Of a stretch of DNA of 64,000 nt, positions 61,559-64,000 are shown piece after piece. Made by a program: the position numbers and the translations under genes. Location: contig CAWDSK010000006.1 of the NCBI GenBank assembly GCA_963804995.1, positions 896,001 through 960,000 on the forward strand, written 5' to 3'. The notes below the pieces were generated by a model. It ran no database searches. It worked only from the letters and a program-made list of their open reading frames with translations, and had not been told where the DNA came from. This stretch comes from an uncultured Acidobacteriota bacterium (GTDB lineage Bacteria; Acidobacteriota; Terriglobia; UBA7540). Position 1 is the first letter of the stretch; the number at the start of each line of letters is the position of its first letter.

Positions 61559-62737
61559 ATGATGAAGACCGCAGATGTCGTCGTAATTGGAGGAGGCATC
61601 AATGGAACGAGTACGGCTTACGCGCTTGCCCAACGCGGCGGTAAGAACATCCTGTTAATCGAGAAGGGTCATATCGCCTCGGGTCCGACCGGGCGTTCCA
61701 GCGGCGTGGTACGCCAACATTATTCCCACGAAACCCTGGCGTCCATGGCCCGGGACAGTGTCGAGGTCTGGAGGAATTTCGAGGAGAGGGTGGGGGGAGA
61801 TGCCGGCTTTGTCCCATGTGGGGTGGTCTTTTTCGCAGCCCAGGGAGAAAGCGCATCCTTGCGGAAAACCGCCGGCATGATGCAACGGATCGGGATTCAA
61901 ACCCAGCTCCTCTCCCGGGAGGACCTGGTAAAAATGGAGCCCGAGTTGTTTGCCGACGATATCGAGTGCGGCGCTTACGAACCGGAGGGAGGGTATGCAG
62001 ACCCGGCTCTTGCGGCTAACAGTTTTGCCGAGGCGGCGCGCCGGTGTGGAGTTGAGATCATGCAACGCACCAAGGTAGTCGGGTTGAAAGTGGAGAAAGG
62101 CTCGATCCAGGGTGTGGTAACCGATCGCGGCGAGATTTCAACCGGCTGCGTGGTTAACGTTGCCGGTCCCTGGGGAGCCGAAATCGCGGCGATGGCGGGA
62201 GTTCACATCCCGATGGCGCCCAGCAACCACCCCGTGGTGATTCTCGAACGGCCGCAACGTTGGTCGCAACCCACGCACGTCTGGGGAGACCTGGTCAACG
62301 GGTGGTACTTCAAGCCGGAGAGAGCCGCAGGAATTATGGTCGGCTCGATCCTGGATATCCACAACGAGGAACCCAAAGTCATCGAGGACTTCCCCACCAC
62401 TCCCAGCTTCGCGGAAGTCGAAGCCTATTCCGCCGGCATTCTGAAACGCTTTCCCATCATGAAAGACGGACTCCACCAAGGCGGCTGGTGCGGAGTCTAT
62501 GACGTTACCCCGGATTGGCAGCCCGTCATCGATAAGATTGCCGAGGCAAACGGTTTTTATTGTGCCGTGGGCTTTAGTGGGCATGGCTTTAAGATCGGGC
62601 CTGCCGTGGGCCAAATTGTTGCAGAGCTTGTTCTGGACGGGAAATGCAGCCGCTACGACATCCATCTGTTCCGGCACGGACGCTTCGCCGAGAAGCACTC
62701 CAGCCGCGGAAGCTATGCCTACGGAATTATCGGTTGA
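61559..62737 (+). CDS. FAD-dependent oxidoreductase (sarcosine oxidase beta/DadA family)
   Basis: VVIGGGING, TGRSSG, GYADP, VNVAGPW, YDVTPD..P.I, GFSGHGFK..PAVG. Confidence 0.9.
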   Translation: MMKTADVVVIGGGINGTSTAYALAQRGGKNILLIEKGHIASGPTGRSSGVVRQHYSHETLASMARDSVEVWRNFEERVGGDAGFVPCGVVFFAAQGESASLRKTAGMMQRIGIQTQLLSREDLVKMEPELFADDIECGAYEPEGGYADPALAANSFAEAARRCGVEIMQRTKVVGLKVEKGSIQGVVTDRGEISTGCVVNVAGPWGAEIAAMAGVHIPMAPSNHPVVILERPQRWSQPTHVWGDLVNGWYFKPERAAGIMVGSILDIHNEEPKVIEDFPTTPSFAEVEAYSAGILKRFPIMKDGLHQGGWCGVYDVTPDWQPVIDKIAEANGFYCAVGFSGHGFKIGPAVGQIVAELVLDGKCSRYDIHLFRHGRFAEKHSSRGSYAYGIIG

Positions 62738-63034
62738 ACCGTGGCCCTCATTTTGATGAACGTCCACTCGTGGGTTAGCCTGTGGACTTGAGGTTGTTGT
62801 GCGGATCTTGTCCTTCGCCAAACGTCACGCGTGGGGCTACCGCATGGGACCGGTTCCTCTCCCTGTTTCGTGCCAAATATGACAGGCAGCTCGCGACGGC
62901 TCAGTTCTTATTTGTCTGCTTAACTCCCATGCTCACGTGGGGCCGGCATAGAAACTCGAGGACTGATTCCCACTCGTCAAATAGGATGCCGTGGCCGACC
63001 TCGGGGCTGTACTGGATCTCAGCGCCTGCGACAC

Positions 63035-64000
63035 TCAACCCCTCGGGGGGAGAGGGGGAGTGGGTGATGAACCGGACCCGCTGGCGGGAGGATTTGTTGG
63101 TGGGGCGGCTGAACTGCGCCCTCCTCGACGACGGTAGGCCATCGAGATCAAGGTGCGTTGTGAAAAAGGCAGAAGCGCAAGGGCCGGTACGCCGAGAAGT
63201 ACGATGCCTCCTAATCTGAGGAAAAGCAGCAGCGGCGAAAAGGCCCAAGCCAAATCCAAAACCAGGACCAGCGGGAAAAGGTAATGAAACAGGGGGCCGA
63301 GGTCTTCGTAGTCGAAGGCCACAGCCGCAAGAAGGTACAGATGGATTGTTGCCGCTGCACACAACGCGATTAGGGTAAATGTGACGACCGAAGACGCGTA
63401 AGGCAGCAGAAAAAGCGGCAAGCGGTGAGCCTTCTCGGGCAGATAGAAAAACGCCGCGGCGTACATCGCGAGATAACCGACCTGAACTGCGCAAAATTGA
63501 GCGAGGTACGGCCACCGCGGCGACGAGAGGATTACGGGGCCGTGATTTGGCGAAGAAATCGGAAGCTTGCTGAGGTCCGCGAGCAGTTCGCTCATCGATG
63601 GGTACCGTTCATCGGGCTGCTTCGAAAGGCATTTGCGCAGAATGCGGTCAAGTTCGACATACTGCGGTCCGTTGGTAGTTAGATTAGGCAAAGGGGGAGT
63701 GGGCATTTCCAGGACGCGCCTGCGTGAGGAATTGGAATCTTTCCCCGCAAACGGATTAAAACCGGCAGCCATTTCATACAAAACGAGCCCCAAGGAGTAG
63801 ACGTCGGTGCGGAAATCCACCGGCTTGGGAAAGGCCTGCTCGGGAGACATGTAATCAGGTGTGCCAATAACCATCGCCGCCGACTTGGTGATGTCCGTGA
63901 TCGTCGTTTCACCGCCCTCAACTTGGGCCGATTGGGAAACGACCTTGGCTTTCTTCGCCAAACCAAAATCCAGAATCTTCACGTGGCGGGATCCATCCGG
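63035..64000 (-). CDS. Hanks-type Ser/Thr kinase with C-terminal TM bundle (5' part outside the window)
   Basis: VKILDFGLAK, GTPDYMSPEQ, DVYSLG..LYEM, KCL.K.P.ERY followed by ~4 hydrophobic helices. Confidence 0.9.
   Translation of the reverse strand, partial: PDGSRHVKILDFGLAKKAKVVSQSAQVEGGETTITDITKSAAMVIGTPDYMSPEQAFPKPVDFRTDVYSLGLVLYEMAAGFNPFAGKDSNSSRRRVLEMPTPPLPNLTTNGPQYVELDRILRKCLSKQPDERYPSMSELLADLSKLPISSPNHGPVILSSPRWPYLAQFCAVQVGYLAMYAAAFFYLPEKAHRLPLFLLPYASSVVTFTLIALCAAATIHLYLLAAVAFDYEDLGPLFHYLFPLVLVLDLAWAFSPLLLFLRLGGIVLLGVPALALLPFSQRTLISMAYRRRGGRSSAAPPTNPPASGSGSSPTPPLPPRG

Overview
GC-rich bacterial window; gene content (CRTAC1/ASPIC proteins, Tat-exported hydrolases, S53 protease, Tad pili) suggests Acidobacteriota/Terriglobia (inference). 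In order: a secreted beta-propeller/di-heme cytochrome c/RidA/double solute-binding-protein operon (0.2-8.6 kb); MFS-MatB-UroD-like genes; a sugar-catabolic cluster; a complete group II intron (17675-19587); an esterase and Tat-exported redox genes; an IS6-like element with a large Zn-finger transposase; repeat-rich intergenic DNA; a bufferin-type MNIO (DUF692) RiPP operon; an S53 protease; an FGE-domain protein; a Tad/Flp pilus locus; a GT2, a flavoprotein and six GT-C-like membrane glycosyltransferases; a REP-doublet tandem array; an FAD oxidoreductase; and a partial Ser/Thr kinase. Three observations stand out. (1) The group II intron sits exactly inside a GTAG-type REP palindrome, its putative EBS1 loop is complementary to the REP, and empty copies of the target occur elsewhere in the window. 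(2) A 7-nt-period inverted repeat element (GGCAAAA/TTTTGCC), which encodes basic then hydrophobic residues in any frame, appears to supply signal-peptide segments for three genes of one operon. (3) A REP doublet is inserted in frame inside a cytochrome gene. Four single-base frameshifts in otherwise intact genes may be sequencing errors. All family assignments are by motif recognition, not database search.
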